From positions 58,404,001 through 58,468,000 of the forward strand of contig NC_043002.1 of assembly GCF_006345805.1 (NCBI RefSeq): a DNA stretch of 64,000 nt, read 5' to 3'. Position 1 is the stretch's first letter; each line of letters starts with the position of its first letter. Shown piece after piece: positions 1 to 15,448 of this stretch. A program made the translations under genes and the position numbers. This stretch comes from Octopus sinensis (Eukaryota). The notes beneath the pieces are model-generated. The model saw only the letters and a program-made list of their open reading frames with translations, searched no databases and was not told the DNA's origin.

Positions 1-1179
1 TTTAGTCTGTCTATACATTCTGAGTTCAAATTTTGCCAAAGTCGGCTTTGCATTTAAGGGTCAATAAAATAAGTACCAGTTGAATACTGGGGTCAATGTA
101 CCTTGTGCCGACATTTGAAACTAATATTGTGGTGCTGTGGTCACCCAATGTATGCCATGGCTATCCTGATATGCCGCATCTGTCCAGATAATGCTACAGC
201 TGGATATTACCTGGATATACAACAGCTACCCAGGTATCCCACAGTTACCAAGATGCACAGCACCTACCTGGATACACCAAGGCTATTTACATACACTACA
301 GCTACATATGTATAAGATGACTACTTGGCTACACCATGGGTCTACCCAGGTAGACTACAAAGTCTTGGTGTTAATAGGTAGATAGATGTACAATTTATAG
401 CTTTGCACTTACTTCCAGCCCAATTCCTGCTAACACTTTAATAGTCATCATACATAAATTACTTTGATAGAGAAACAGAGTCAGCAAGGGGAGGGGGGGG
501 GGATACAGACCATCAACTCGATAAAGGGGGAAGAACTCTACAGAAGTTGTATACCTAATAAGGTCAATAGATGAATGGAAGATGTATTCATTTAATTCTT
601 TAACCCAATTGATAACAACCTGGCTGAAACCGGTTCTGGTCTACAAATGTCTTGTTTTCAAAAGTTCTGAAGTAAAAAAACCTTCCACCAAACCTTAGTC
701 ACAATTTATATTCCTAACACTAGCTTAATGGTAACTAAGTTATTTTACTAAATTCTTTGTAATATTTAAAATTAATTGAAAGAAACACAGAGCATCTCAA
801 CAGAAATACAATAACATGAGGTTTAAAGTAAGGACTTTTTAATTATGTTTCATATTTTTAACACTATATAACATCTTAACCTCTTACACATCACCTGCCT
901 TGTTTCTTTTCTTTTCTTCCTCTATCAGTTTTTCTCTTTCCTATTAAATCTTGATTATAAATGTGAGCCGATATTGTCTTGTGTTCCTCATCAGTTGCAG
1001 CCAATTTTTTAATCATAGAATTTTTAAACACTCTCCTGTCTTTCTTTTATTTCTCTTTTGTCAGTTTTTATCCTGAAGGACTGAAACATTGGAGGTTTTA
1101 CTCTTCCTGGCAATTCCACTGTACTCTTTCGGTTGCTTCTTTTTTCAAACAATACAAACCACCACCAGTCTCCCTCCCT

Positions 1180-1214
1180 CTATTCTGTGTGTGGTGCTAG
1201 TTTTATTCTTTCCG
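1180..1214 (-). CDS. lgl: Lgl probable last coding exon (A)ERIKLAPHTE*
   Basis: perfect tactaac branch point then gttcttcag acceptor; phase 1 matches exon M; TAG at 1182-1180. Confidence 0.6.
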
Positions 1215-1355
1215 CTGAAGAACATTGTGTTAGTATAAGGGAAACTATGTAAAAACCAAGCATCTACAAAATATATTTCCAGACCACACAACTCCACCAC
1301 AAGCATGCATCTGATATTAATATTTTCGTAATGTTACATAAACAATGAGCTTGTG

Positions 1356-1700
1356 TACGAGGTCTGATCAAAAAAGCATCAGGACTGGTGCTATGGAAAG
1401 GAAACTACAAAGCATATCAACCTGGCATTTAATCTCCTTTGAAGCTGTCCCCTTCTGAAGCCATAGAAGCATTCCTGGAACTTCTTCTTGGGGGTAATGG
1501 GCAGCTGCCTCATCACTTTCTTTTGAATTTCCTTCGTGTCTTGAAATTTTGTTCCTTTCAAGTGGGATTTGATTTTTGGAAAGATTCTTGATCATAACAA
1601 CCATCAAATCACATATCCTTCTGTGTGCACACATGTACACACGTGTGCACGCACACATTTTCTCTGCCATGGTCACAGATGGAACCTCTTTAGTGTAATG
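1356..1700 (+). mobile_element. mariner-like remnant
   Basis: begins tacgaggtctgatcaaaaaagcatcaggact, a mariner-type terminal sequence; no partner TIR found. Confidence 0.35.
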
Positions 1701-2530
1701 AAATAATCACACTGCTACAAACATCAAAAGTGAGAGAGAATGTTATAACTTAGTGTTCATGCATGACCGAGTTGGAGGTCAATCTGTGTCAAGTGGCTTC
1801 ACTCTGCCTTCTTTAGCTCCATTACCATAGCAACAGTCCTGATACTTTTGATCAGATTTTATATGTGCATATGCAAGTGTAAAGATAACAGAAGCAGCCA
1901 AGGACCAGAAGAGTTGAACAAAAGCATCCAGCCCCAACACAGGATTGAGACATGGGGTAGGATGCTGTGCTGAACCAATAAGCATCTACCCATCTTCTCC
2001 ACCCACTATTCCTAAGAGTGTCACAGGGGTAGAGTCCTCAGGTTCCACCTCCATAAGGTCCCATCAGAAGCAAATTAAACTATGGGTATTATCCAACCAT
2101 TTCATTATATGTGACCAGGACCACATGTGAACTTGTATTCCCACTGAAATTCCAACCATGACCTCTACACATCAACAACAAATGACTATGGCTATGGTGT
2201 CCACACTATACAAGGCAGCTGCTCCCCTAGTGGGGCACTTGTCAAATTTGTAAGCTGGATATCTGGGCTGCAGGCAGAAGCATTACTTTGCCTGTTGGAA
2301 TGTTAAGGCCAGCCATTGGATGTGGTTAGCATTCATGAGATATGGTGAACTTGTTGGTCAGAGCTGGCTCAATCCATCCTGGGAGAATGCCACCACAAGC
2401 AAGCAAGAACCAACCAGCCATCTCGTTTTTGGTCTACCTCAACTGTTCTATTTGAACAGATACAATAAACACACACACATTAAGCTTTAGGTTCTTCTGT
2501 GCTGATCAGCAGATTCCATGTAATGTTGAT

Positions 2531-3095
2531 GGTACATGGACCAGATGCTGAATGCACTTTTGCCAAAGAACAAGAAGCCAAATGGACACAATGCTGAACA
2601 GACAAGATGCTGACAAGACAAGATGCTGACAAAACAAGATGCCAAAAGACATACAAAAATTCAAATATAGAATAACCATTTTATTCCTACAATATGACCA
2701 TTTGACAGGTTAAAATGGTCATTAAACTATGTAGGTAGGAGTGTTTTTTTTTTTTCATTATTCTTTTCTACTCTAGGCACAAGGCCCAAAATTTTATGGG
2801 AGGTGGCCAGTCAATTAGATCGACCCCAGTACGCAACTGGTACTTAATTTATCAACCCCGAAAGGATGAAAGGCAAAGGCAACCTCAGCGGAATTTGAAC
2901 TCAGAATGTAAAGACAGGTGAAATACCACTAAGCATTTCGCCTGATGTGCTAATGTTTTTGCCAGTTCGCCGCCTCCCCCCCCCATTATTGTGACCATTC
3001 AGCTTTATGTCCATTTGGCATTGTGTTAGTTCAGCTTTATGCCCATTCAGCTTCTTGTCCTTTAGCAAAAGTGCATTCGGTATCCTGTCTGCACA
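2531..3095. mobile_element. non-autonomous DNA element with long TIRs, interrupted by a SINE
   Basis: tgcacttttgc.aaag.acaagaagc mirrored by gcttcttgtcctttagcaaaagtgca; uninterrupted relative at about 25448-25685. Confidence 0.6.
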
Positions 3096-3865
3096 TGACA
3101 TTGTCTGTCTTCAGGTCCTTTTAAAATGCTTGCTGTCAAGTGATTTTCAGCCTGACTATACCGAAAGTCAGATGGTATCCAAGTCATGGTTGTTTTCCAG
3201 TGCCATTGATCAGTTAGATCACTGGTTTTCAACCATTTTTTTTTATCTATGGACCTTTTTGATTCCTGTTTTACTCTCCTAGGCACCCCATAGCCATTCA
3301 ATGTTTTTAAAAAAAAATCCTATGGTATTTTTATGATTGAATATTAGGAATTGTATGTAACCAATTCACTGCACATAAATATTAATGAAATCTTATACGG
3401 ACCCCCAATGGTCATATGGACCCTGGTTGAGAACCAATGATTTAAACAGAGAATGTGGCTAACCAGGCAGAATCAGTGCATTGTGACAACTTTTTGGAGG
3501 AGTTGAGACCTTGCTCTTTACACACAATAATTCCTTCTATAACAGCATAGATGAGATTCTACATCTTACAGCTGGATGCCTTCCCTAATGCAGTTTTAAC
3601 AATGGAACAGCAGGGAAACTTCTTAATCTAGTGAAACAAGGCATGCAAAAACCACAATTTGTTCAGCGGTACACAGCACAACTGGCCATATCCTTAGATT
3701 CTATACAAAAGATTTTTTTTATCTAGAATATTATTTTTGAAGAAACCTTAAAGCAATTTATCTCTAAACAATTTACTGATTTACTATTATTCTTCAAGGG
3801 TTGAGGAAAAGAAAGGAAGTGCTTAAAATGGTAACCAGACAAAAAGGAAATGAGATTGATACTAC

Positions 3866-3978
3866 CTTCTGTTGTTGTTGTTGTTGTTATAGTAGTAGTG
3901 GTGATAGTTGTCGCATTTACATTAACAGTCTCAGTTGTGATTGGAGAAGCCGTAGGACTGAGAGTACCAGCTTCGGAT
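3866..3978 (-). CDS. lgl: Lgl exon M (Thr-rich tail)
   Basis: long pyrimidine tract ending cttcctag, donor GAAG|gtagta; SEAGTLSPTASPITTETVNVNATTITTTTITTTTTTE; phase 2 to 1 fits both neighbours. Confidence 0.7.
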
Positions 3979-6900
3979 CTAGGAAGGAAGAAGAAAAGAA
4001 AAAAAAGAAAAGAAAAGTTTTGTCCATTAGAATTGACATAGAAAGACAAGGAAATAAATGTTTATATGAAAATCTCAGCAATCCACAAAGTTTGGTTAGA
4101 AAAATGGTTTCAAATTTTGGCACAAGGCCAGCAATTTTGGTAGGAGAGGTTAGTTGCCTTTGTCGACTCCCCAGTTCTTAACTGGTACATTGTTCTATTG
4201 AACCCCAAAAGGATGAAAGGCAGCATTTGAACTCAGAATGCAAAAAGCTGGAAGAACTGCTGCTAAGAATTGTGTCTGATGCACTAAGGATTCTGTCAGC
4301 CCTACATATAAATGTGCAAACAACAGCAAAACAAAAATTAGCTCCCCATAAACCAAACATTAATTCTTCAGTAGGTGAAGATGAATATAAATCTAATATA
4401 TAAAAAAAGTAACTCAAATGTTATTCTTTATATTATTGATTATCACTAATTAACCCTTTCAATACCAACCCAGCTGAAACCAGACCTGGCTCTGTAGTAC
4501 AAACGTCTTGTTTTCAAAAATTTTGAATAAAAATCTTCCACCAAACCTTAGTCACAATTTACATTCCTAACACCAGCTTAAAGATAATTAACTTATTTTA
4601 CTAAATTATTTTTTATATTTAAAATTAATTGAAAGAAACACAGAGCATCTCAACAGAAATATGACCGCATCTGGCTCTGTAGTACAAATGTCTTGTTTTC
4701 ATAAGTTTTTAATTAAAATCTTCCACCAAACCTAGTCACAATTTATGCTCCTCACACTAGCTTAAAGATAACTAAGTTATTTTACTAAATTCTTTTTTAT
4801 ATTTAAAGTAACTGAAAAAAAAAACAGAGCATCTCAAAATAAATACAGTAATGAACAGGTTAATGTATATCACTTAATTAAGAGACTTTGCATGAAACAC
4901 TTTTCTACGATCTTATGTCAGGAAGGTTTTAGAACTTCCTAACTTCCCCCTCACAAATGGTTACATTAAAAAAAGGCTAACCAAATACTAAGCCCAGTTT
5001 ATCCTGTCTTGCTATCACTGTGCTGCCCCAGACATCACTTTGCTTCCTCTTACTTCATTGTTTATCAAATAAATAAAAATTGAATTACTATTTAAATCTG
5101 TAGACTAATGGAAAACAGTAATTACAGAGTCCAAACTATTTCAACAGAAAAACACTGGGGAACAACACAGTGCTCCCACGACTTCCAGCAAGGGAGAAAA
5201 CACTGGGGAAAGCACAGAGCTCCCACTGCTATCAACATTAAACTGCACCCTACAAATAAAGCCTCTACATACAGCTTGGTGTTTTGTGCTGTTACAAGAG
5301 AACTGATGACAATACACAAATAGGCCAGTTATCAATTTGGCCGATGATGATTCTAAGCATTAAGTAACTGATTGATTGGTATTGAATTATTACTCTCAAG
5401 TCATGTGACTGATTTAACAGTTACCTTACTCTAATAGTAATAAATCCAATGAAGGATATGACTCCTTGCTACCTTCTCCAAGACTATGCTCACGGTGAAC
5501 TTACCTAATAGTATTACATGTTTACAGCTGAATGTAGCAAAACATTGAGTGCAAAGTATCTTTGCTAGGAATTGGTACGAGAGTGTCAAGAGAGCTGAAC
5601 AGTTGAAGGTCTTCAGAGAAGACACATCTTCCAGATAAGTGTTTTGGCCAATCTTACTTTCTAAGAGAGTGGGGCTGGGCTGCATCTATGTCAGGATTCC
5701 TTGGTGTCCTTCTTATGATGCTTTTTAACTACTTGGATATTGGAAACTTGTGTATTAAAACCACTTGAAAATTTCATCTAGCTGGAACTCCTCTCATCTG
5801 ACTCACCTTTCAAACAGTACTTAAAGAAACTAAGTTGGTTGTCATGGTAGCAGTGAAATGTCAATACTACCACAATGACTTACTCAGAGTTACTTCCCTT
5901 AGCATTAAAATACAAAAAATATTGCCTTCAAACAATATGGATATCCCTTTTGTTCGTCTGTCTCCAGATCCAGCTTGAACACCCATCCGCTGTCTCCGAT
6001 ATTTCCTTTAGGGCAAATTATACAATATCAATATTTAGGAATATTATACAATGCTGGTGATATTCAATTCTAGGACTTTCATCAGTAAGTTTCCACCTTA
6101 AAAACACAGAGATTCACAAATCTCTGCTACAGATTACTTAGGAAAAGCATCCATTTTACAGGTAAGTGACCCTCATGAACATTATATCACCAATATTTAA
6201 TGTCCATATAGTATGTTGACATGGATTGGATGGTTGAACAGGATCCGATGAGTCAAAGGGACTGCATTGAGCTCCAGGGTCTGCTTTGGCATGGCTTTTA
6301 TGGTTGGATACCCTTCCTAATGGCAACCACTTTACAGAGGGTATGGAATGCTTTTTACATATCACTGACACTACGGTGGTCACTAAGTACTCATAATATA
6401 AGACCTTCTATCGTGTATTGAGAGGCTATGTATTATGATGGGGGCACAAACAGGTGTCTTACTGTGTAAAGAAATTAGGAAAAAAGATGTATTCCAATAT
6501 TCTATAAAAATATCTGAATTTAAAGAATTATGCAACCCAAAACACATTTCTTATGTGAATTACATTATGAGTTTGCTAATTTACACAAACTTAGATAACT
6601 AAAATAATTAGTGCCTAAATACATGATCTTAAAAAAGGATATAACAGTGGTCTACATATTTTTTGAGGGGAGGGGAAGTTTGTGTTTTTTCCATGTTTTT
6701 TTGACATGGCTACATACAATGTTACATGTGGCAATCTAAAGTCGTTAAAATTTATGAAACATGCCTCAAGTCTAAACTCCCAAGACAAAAGAGTTACTAT
6801 AATGAAGTATCGTTATGCAAGGGTAATTAATTAAGATTGTAACAAATTCTGAAAGGCTCAGTGCAAGTGACTTGGCTATGCTAGAGAAATAGACAAATCA

Positions 6901-9900
6901 TGCAGTGAAATATTGGTTTAAATTAATGGAATCATAAATCAAAGAATTGTGATGAAGTTCTCAAGGTCCACCTGTGGTTGACTGAACTGCTTAATCGGAG
7001 AAACAATTTTAGAATTAATTGGTTTATATCAGACACAATTGGCACGGGGTTTTATAATAGATCCACCCAGATATTCAACACACACCAGCAGGAAGAGGAA
7101 AATGTTAGAAATAGTTCTGGTTATAATTCTATGAAGACATACATTAGATGATAATAATATATCTAGTCTTTCTTAATAAATTTCAGGCAGATTCAAATGA
7201 GAATATTTGGTCAGTGACTCATGTGGGTTATGTCCACAGATCTTTTCAAGGAACATTCTATGATTATGAAAAACAGCAATCAGATCGTCTGAATCTGCCG
7301 GGATATGTTAAGAACGAATAGACAGACTATTGTTTGGATTCTTACTGTTCTGCATGTACCTCATGAACAACAACTATCTGTTTGGCAGACATCAGCAAAT
7401 AATTTGTTTACTGATTCCTGTGCTCTTATTAGACTCATCAGTCCAGGGTTATAGCTTTGACTGAAGAGACACAGCAGGGCTGAAACACTACAGTGACACA
7501 CAAAGTTCCCTTCCACCAACAAATGACAGAACAAGCATTGTTTGAAAGGCGGGAGTGTTGTCCAACGGTGAAAAACAACAGCTATCAGGTATCAACATTT
7601 AAATCTGCATGGTTATGTAGTCAAATGCTTGCTTCCCAACCACATGGTTCTGAGGTCAGTCCCACTTCATGGCACCCTAGGCCAGTGGACTTGGTAGATG
7701 GAAACTGAAAGCCCACCATGTGCACGAGCACACGTGTGTGTGTGTGTGTGTGTGTGTGTACGTGTGTTTATGTCAGTGTCTGTCCCCAACCACTTGCAAC
7801 TGGTGTTGGTGTGTTTATGTCCTTGTAATATAAAGGTTCAACAAAAGAGACCTAAAGAATAAATACCAGGCTTCAGAAAAAGTAAGTACTGGGGTTGACT
7901 CATTAGATTAAACTTCTTCAAGTGGTGCCACAGCAGGGTCGCTATCTAATGACTAAAACAAGTAAAAGACAAGATATGTTACAGTTTGGATTCTTGCTGT
8001 TCTGAATGCACCCCAGCAATTATTTCGCATCGTAAAAAGCACCATCCAAACGTGGTCGATGCCAGGGCCGCCTGACTGGCTCCTGTGCTGGTCGCAAGTA
8101 AAAAGCACTATCTGAATGTGCTTGATGCCAGGACCACCTGACTGGCTCCCATGTTGGTAGCATGTCAAAAGTACTATCCGAATGTGATCGATGCCAGGGC
8201 CGCCTGACTGGCTCCCGTGCCGGTGGAATATAAAAAGGACCCACTACACTCTTGGACGTGCCAGACATCAATTGCTGTCCAACCCATGCCAGCATAGAAA
8301 ACGGATGTTAAACGATAATGATGAGTTAGTTTGGTGCCTTTTCTTCAGCACATAAGTGGTACAATTGACTATGAGGCCCAGTTAAAGTCTACAATCTTTC
8401 TACCTGGTACATAACAACCACTGCAGTTTTGCACCAGACAGAAAAGCAGTGCTCCATGCTGGGGCACCACCTGGAGGAGCTTTAGCCAGACAAATTGACC
8501 CTAGTACCTTTTTTCTTTATTTAAAAAAACAAAAAAAACTGGTACTTATTCTTTTGGACTTTTCTGTCAAACCACTAAGTGTCAGGGATGTAAACACACC
8601 AACACTGGTTGTCAAGCAGGGTTGGGAGGTGAACACAGATACAAAAACATGCATGTATGTATGTATGTATGTAATTATTTAGTTTTATTTCAAGTTTTCA
8701 TGCCAACAGAGAAAAAGCCAATTTCTAACCTAGATCCAAGGCTCCTTCATTGGAATTTCAACATCAACAACAAAGTATTTTTGTTTGTATGTATGGATAT
8801 GCGCTGATTTGTATGTTTTGTTTTATGTATGTATTCTCATGCATATAGTCGCATGTCTTCACATGCTCATATATATTTAAATGATAAACTTCTGGGAAGT
8901 TTTGCAGATTTTTACAGTTCCAGTGATGGATTGGATCTGTAGTCTTCGAATTAGCTTTCTCCTTTCTGCTTTTGAGAAGCCTAATTTCTCATCATCGTTT
9001 TACATCCGCTTTCCATGCTAACATAGTGTTACGTACACACGTATGTATGTATATGCAAAAGGCTTCTTTAAGTTTTTGCCTACCAAATTCACTCACAAAG
9101 CTTTGGTTGGCCCAAGGTTATAGCAGAAAACACTTGCCCAAGGTGCCACACAGTGGGACTGAAACAGGAACCATGTGGCTGAGAAGCAAACTTCTTACCA
9201 CATGGGCACACCATGTTAACCCTTTTGATACCAACTTTCCAATTACATTTCATGCTAATTTATGGTCCAAGCAGCAACTTAGTAATAATTATTATTTATT
9301 TTACTAAATTCTTCGTTATTTTCAAAATTAATTAGAACAAAGGAAATGTATTCCAACAGAAATATGGTAACAAAAACAGTTAAGCACCAAGGAATTTGAA
9401 AACGCAATTCAATATACGGTATATGCACAAAATGACAATCTGTCTGCAAAAGAAAATACCAGAAGCATATCAATGCAGGAAGGTTGCCTAAGATTCAGGT
9501 GAAAGCTATGGCTAACTGAAACATAATCCTGTGTACAGTTGGAATGTCAATTAAAATGGGTTCGTAAAGTGGTTGATATTGATCCTTGGGATGTTTAAGC
9601 CACAACCTAAGGCACTGGTTCACAACCTGCGGTCCACAAACGTACTACTGGGAGTCTGTGAGTGAACATGTTAAGCAGACAGACCTTTCGATATCCTGGG
9701 GTCCATGGGAAAACTCATGGTTGTGAAAAGTTTGGGAACCACTGATCTAAAAGGATCAATAAATACCTGAAACAATTTTGAGCATTAAGGGTCTTGGATT
9801 AATAACAAACTGAATCTGGAAGAGCATAGGTAATTTAAGGCTAAAACACACTAATTCCCAGCCAAATATTATTTAGTATTCAGGAAATACACATTTCATA

Positions 9901-12594
9901 TTAAATATTCCAACTGTATCAACATAATTTCACTGAAATTTTATTGTCTTTTATCAAATCAGTTAAATATTCTCATTAAATTTCTTTAAATATTTCCTGA
10001 AAGCAGTAGTGACACAAAAGAACAAAGAAATTGTTTTTGAAACACAAAATTTTATATTTTAATCCTAATTTACATTAATCTTTCATTACTATATGGCAGG
10101 GCTTGAGTTTTTTATTTTATTTTAAACCCTGTAGCTTTTAATCCAGCCATATCCAAGCTGAAATGTTCTACCTGCTTTATGTTAAGACTGACCAGATCCA
10201 AACTCTCACACCTACCCTACAATGTCATTCTAAAAAAATATACAAACACACCATTGCAATCTTGAAGCTACAAGATAATGTGTGATTAATTCAAAACAAT
10301 GTGGATTATTATAAATAAGCATTACATTCGACAGAATATTCTGAACGCTAACGGGTCAACAGTTGCATGGGCAAAATACAAAAAAAAAAAATCAAAACAG
10401 CTGAATAAAATGGGAGAAGACAAATGTAATTATGTTTCAAAGGTGAAAAAAAAAACAACAACAGTGAACAGGCATAACGAGCATAACGAGCAAAAATTAA
10501 AACGAACAACATAAAACAAGCAAAAAACATGCAAAGTTTGGGTAAAGGAAATATAACAATAATAATTCTTTCTATTTATAGGCACAAGGCCTGAAATTGG
10601 TGGAGCGATGGGGGAGGGGGCTAGTTGACTGTATTAACTCCCAGTACTTGACTGTTACCTATCTTAATGACCCCAGGAGGATAGAATGCAAAGTTGACCT
10701 TGGCAGGATTGAACTCAAAATGTAAAGAGAATTGTTGCAAAGCATTTTCTGTTGCTCAACCGATTCTGTCCTTTATATCGTTTTCAAATTTTAGAGGGAA
10801 GGGTTACATTCGTTATATTGATCTCAGTACTTGACTGCTATTTATTTTACTGATCCCAGGGAGATAAATGTCAAAGTTGGCCATGGCATGATTTGAACTT
10901 GGAATGTAAAGAGTCGGGAGAAAAATTGCTAAGTATTCTGCCAGCTTGCCACCTTAACTGTCAGCTTGTCACCTTGACAGCCATAATAATAATAATAATG
11001 ATGATAATCCTTTCTACTGTAGGCAAAAGGCCTAAAATTTAGGGGGAGGGGACTGGTCGATTACATCAACCCCAGTGTTATACTGGTACATAATTTACCA
11101 GCCACCCGAAAGAATAAAAGGCAAAGTTGGACCTCGGTGGAATTTGAACTCAGAATGTAGCAGCAGATGAAATACCACTAAGCATTTTACTCAATGTGCT
11201 AACAAATCTGCCAGCTCACCTTAACTGCAATAATGATAATAATAATAATCAAAGATAGGCTACAGCAAATATTCTGCTCAATACCACAGATTTGCTTGTC
11301 AGTTGTTTGACCATAACCAGTTGACCATGCTCCTTAGTGGCTGACGATATGTGCATCTCTGATCACGAGCAAAAGTAGTGGGGAAGCATCATAGCTGTGT
11401 GTTAAAAGGTATTCTTAGAGGTTTGGCTAATTCCCCTTTGGAAACGTCGGTGGTTCGTTCAACAACCTTAAACAATCCTTATTCAGTGAACTTTTGAGCG
11501 GGATGGGTTACTCAATCAGAAGAAAATTCTATCTGGGTCCCACCTGCAAGGTCATGTGCTGTTTATCTTGATATGAGATCACCATCTCATGCACATATGG
11601 TTGTGATGCATGTGCCTGGTGTACCCTTATCAGACGGGTAGTCATGATGGGTATACTGGGCTTTGTATATTTTACCCCAGTGTCACTTCGATGGCATGCA
11701 CTGTTCTCTCACTCAATAATAATAATAATCCTCTCAACTTTAGGCATAAGGCCTGGAATTTTTGTTCAACTGGTACTTATTTGATTGACCCCCAAAGGGA
11801 TGAAGGGCAAATATGACTTTGGCAGAAAATGAGCACAGAATGTAAAGATGGACAAAACACTACTAAGCATTTTATCCAGTGTGCAAACATTTCTGGCAGC
11901 TCATTGCCTTTATCATCATCATTGTTTAACGTCCATATTCCATACTGGCATGGGTTGGATGGTTCGACTGGGGTCTGGGAAGTCAGAAGGCTGCACCAGG
12001 CAACAATCTGGTCTGGTAGTGTTTCTATAGCTGGATGCCCTTCCTAACACCAACCACTCTGAGAGTGTAGTGGGTGCTTTTTACGTGCCACCGGCACAGG
12101 GGCCAGAGGAGCTGGCATCGACCACGGTCAAATGGTGCTCTTTATCTAACACCGACACAGAAACCAGAATAATAATTTCAAATTTTAGCACAAGGTCAGC
12201 AATGGGGGGGGGGTTAAGTCAATTAGATCAACCCCAGTACGCAACTGGTAATTATTTTATTGACCCTGAAGGGATGAAAAGCAAAGTCAGCCTTGATAGA
12301 ATTTGGACTCACAGCATGAAGATGAATGAAATGCCACAAAGCATTCTGTGCAGTATGCTAGCATTCCTACCAACTTGCCACTGCCTTAACAACAATAATA
12401 ACAATAATGATGATGGTTTCTTATGTAAACTTGAAACCTTAAATGTTTAGGAAATAGAATTTAACGGCAGGGGGAGATCCAAATCTTTCATTAATAGATT
12501 TACTGGCTCAGACTAAAGGCTTGAAATAGAGTTTAAAACTCAACATTCACTGGAATCATTTACAAAGTATTTTATCTAAGCATAAAGTGTGGGG

Positions 12595-13010
12595 CCATGG
12601 TGCTATTGCAGTGCCTTGCTGTATTCACCATTTGTCAATATATTCCCAGGTCCTCCTGGGCAACCTGTCAAGCAGGGTCCTTTCTCGGCGAGATACCTCC
12701 TCATCTGCCGTGACCATGTGGCATGTGGTCGACCAACACAAACCGCCAACCCAGCCGGATCCTCAATGATAAGAAAATGGTTAGCAGGGTCTGACACAGA
12801 AAATTGAGTAACATGGCCAAACACTCTGATTTGGTGACCCCAAGTCCTACAAGCAACACAACACATCTCAGTTTCTGAGTCATTTGTTGGATATGAAATC
12901 CAACTGGTGGTAACCCATAATTCTGCAGAGTGGCCGAACACCAAAGGAGTTCACATCGATCCTAAGGGCCCTGGACAATGTCTAAGTCTGACATATATAG
13001 AGCAGAAGAG
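12595..13010 (-). mobile_element. decayed RTE-clade LINE 3' fragment
   Basis: translation IRVFGHVTQFSVSDPANHFLIIEDPAG...GRPHATW resembles the LRWFGHV...RGRP..TW C-terminus of RTE ORFs; frameshifted. Confidence 0.65.
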
Positions 13011-14015
13011 TCAGTGCACATGCATACACGGACATTATTTCATCCTCCTCCTCTTCATCATCATCATCATGGATATTAAGTGATGACAATGATAAATTCA
13101 TGCACACAAATACAACCATAAGACTCAAAAATTACTTTTAAACAAGATTTAAAATGCCCAACACACATACACATTATGGTTTCCCTCAGTATATAACTAA
13201 ATTAGGATATAGTCAAAGAATGGCTATATGCTTAAGAGTGCAAAAATGGTTTTGTGGTTATAAGTTCCATCCTATGGCACAGAACTTTGAACAAGTATCT
13301 TCTACCTTAGCCTCAGTTCACAATACCATGTCATATAAATTTGGTAAACAAAAACTGAGGAAACACAGCTTGTGGGTATGAGCAGAAGATACTTTGTTGA
13401 TAAGGATGTCATCAAGGTACTTTTTGAACAGTAGTCCCTTGTTATGTTTGTTCTGCAACAAGCTACAGATACTCCCTTTACCAGAAATACAATAAATCAG
13501 GTTAACTGAAAACCCACAGTCAAGGACATTACATTTTACCAATTGTTATGTTAACTACTTCAGCTAGGGATGATCGTTAAAAAGCTAACAGAAGGCAAGA
13601 CTCATTAGTATAATATAAGAACTGAGAGTTATTTGTTGCTAGCTATAAACGAAGGAAATATAAATTGTTAGAATTAATTTATCAAAGGCACGGGTGTGGG
13701 TGTGTGGTAAGAAGTTTGCTTTCCAACCACATGCTGTGTTTATGTTCCTGTAAGTTAGCAATTTGGTAAAAGGGATCAACAAAGTAAGCATCAGGTTGTC
13801 AAATATATATACTGGGGTCGATTTATATGATTAAAAGTTCTTCAAGGAAGTGCCCCAGCATGGCCACAGTCTAGCGATTGAAACATGTAGAAGATGTCAT
13901 TTTATTATTTTAAGTTATTCATTCATTTATTGCATCCCTGTCTCATTTCACCTCATTCAAAAACACCTTTACATCTTAAAAACTCCATCCTGTCAACACC
14001 TCAAAATGTAAAATT

Positions 14016-14108
14016 CTCCCCTGAAGACAGAGGCGGTGTTATTTGATAATGGATTCAAGTAACTATCATTATTCTGGACAACCAAGCCCTCGGAAACAGC
14101 TGTTGGAT
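14016..14108 (+). ncRNA. hammerhead-like motif
   Basis: ucccCUGAAGA, extended imperfect stem II (gaggc...gcccuc), GAAACAGCUGUU with palindromic ACAGCUGU, then gga; short stem I. Confidence 0.55.
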
Positions 14109-15448
14109 TCGTAAAACTCAACCCATATTATTTATGTTCTGTATAAGTCAGATAATTTTTCATCCTATGTACATTTTTTTATATTAAATGTATTTAATAT
14201 TCTGCATAAATCGACTTGCCTAACTAGCTTGTCCTTACATTTACTCCTCTACCGGCTCAAGTTCAAATCTCTTGAGCACTTCGAAGTGTATTCTATATAG
14301 AGAACACTTGTCTGTAGCCGATAAACTAAATACACTTTTATAATCATACATACAAATACACAGATAGGAACAATGAAGGATTAACAAACAATTAGCCTAA
14401 TTAATTATGAAAAGCTTCATTTATCTCCCATCAACCATATTTTCATAGCGTAATTAAATTTCAGCATAATGCCATCTTCACCACCATTTCCTTTTCAATA
14501 TATGATAATCATATATTTCCCTACAGCAAAATACCTGTTATTATTGCCCCTCTATCACACTTTAACCTCTCATCACCTGGCATAAAGCCACCTTCTTCAA
14601 TACTACATCAGACCTCAGGTGAGGAGAGGAAAAACAAAAACCAGCCAGTACACTCAATAAAGTGGTTGGCATTAATAAAAATATCCAGTCATGGAAACCA
14701 TGCTAAAGCAGAGTTGTTTGGTGCAGTTTTTTGACTTGCTAGATCCAGTCAAACCATCACATGCATACCAGCTGGGAAAACAAATGTTAAATGATGATTT
14801 TAATCATAGTTACCTTCCTTAACTCAGACTATACCCCAGATGGCTAACATTACACCAACATAAAAAGTTGTCCTGACCAATTAGAACACAATATCCCACT
14901 CACCATCTTGCCTGATGACATTTCTCTATCTATCTATCTATCTATCTAGAAGAGTAAGTTGAAGAATCCGATGCATGAAATATAATGCCTGGTGAATGAA
15001 AAGCTCCGATGCCAGCGTTCTGATTGACCAAATTATACAGTACTGTATTTCAGGTATAGAATTATTTTCCCTTCTTTTCATCACAACACACATACACCTA
15101 AACATCTGTATTTGTATATACACACAAATGCACGCACGCTATATACATCTATAGCAAAGAAGTAAAATACAACACAAAGTCCAGGTAAAAAATTAACACA
15201 GAGTTGGAATTAGTTTGACGCTCAGAAGATGGGAAAAAAAGGGAAATATCTAGCACTTTCAATATTCACTCTTTTTCTGAGAGACAAGATAGAGATGGAG
15301 AGAAAAGAATGGAGAAAGAAAACTGGAGAAACAGAAACTCACAACACACACACAAATGCATCTTGGTTTTCAGAACATGTCCACTGTAAATTTGCATGCT
15401 GTAAAAGGCAGCTAAAAGGGTTGACCTCAAGTCATATAACAATACTAC

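Noticed and set aside
893-1045. About 50 open codons on the minus strand after the lgl stop
   Set aside because: No convincing acceptor, bounded by stops, and better explained as purine-rich 3' UTR
7420-7500. CTGATGA and CTGAAGA...GAAA motifs
   Set aside because: Stems I and II do not pair convincingly
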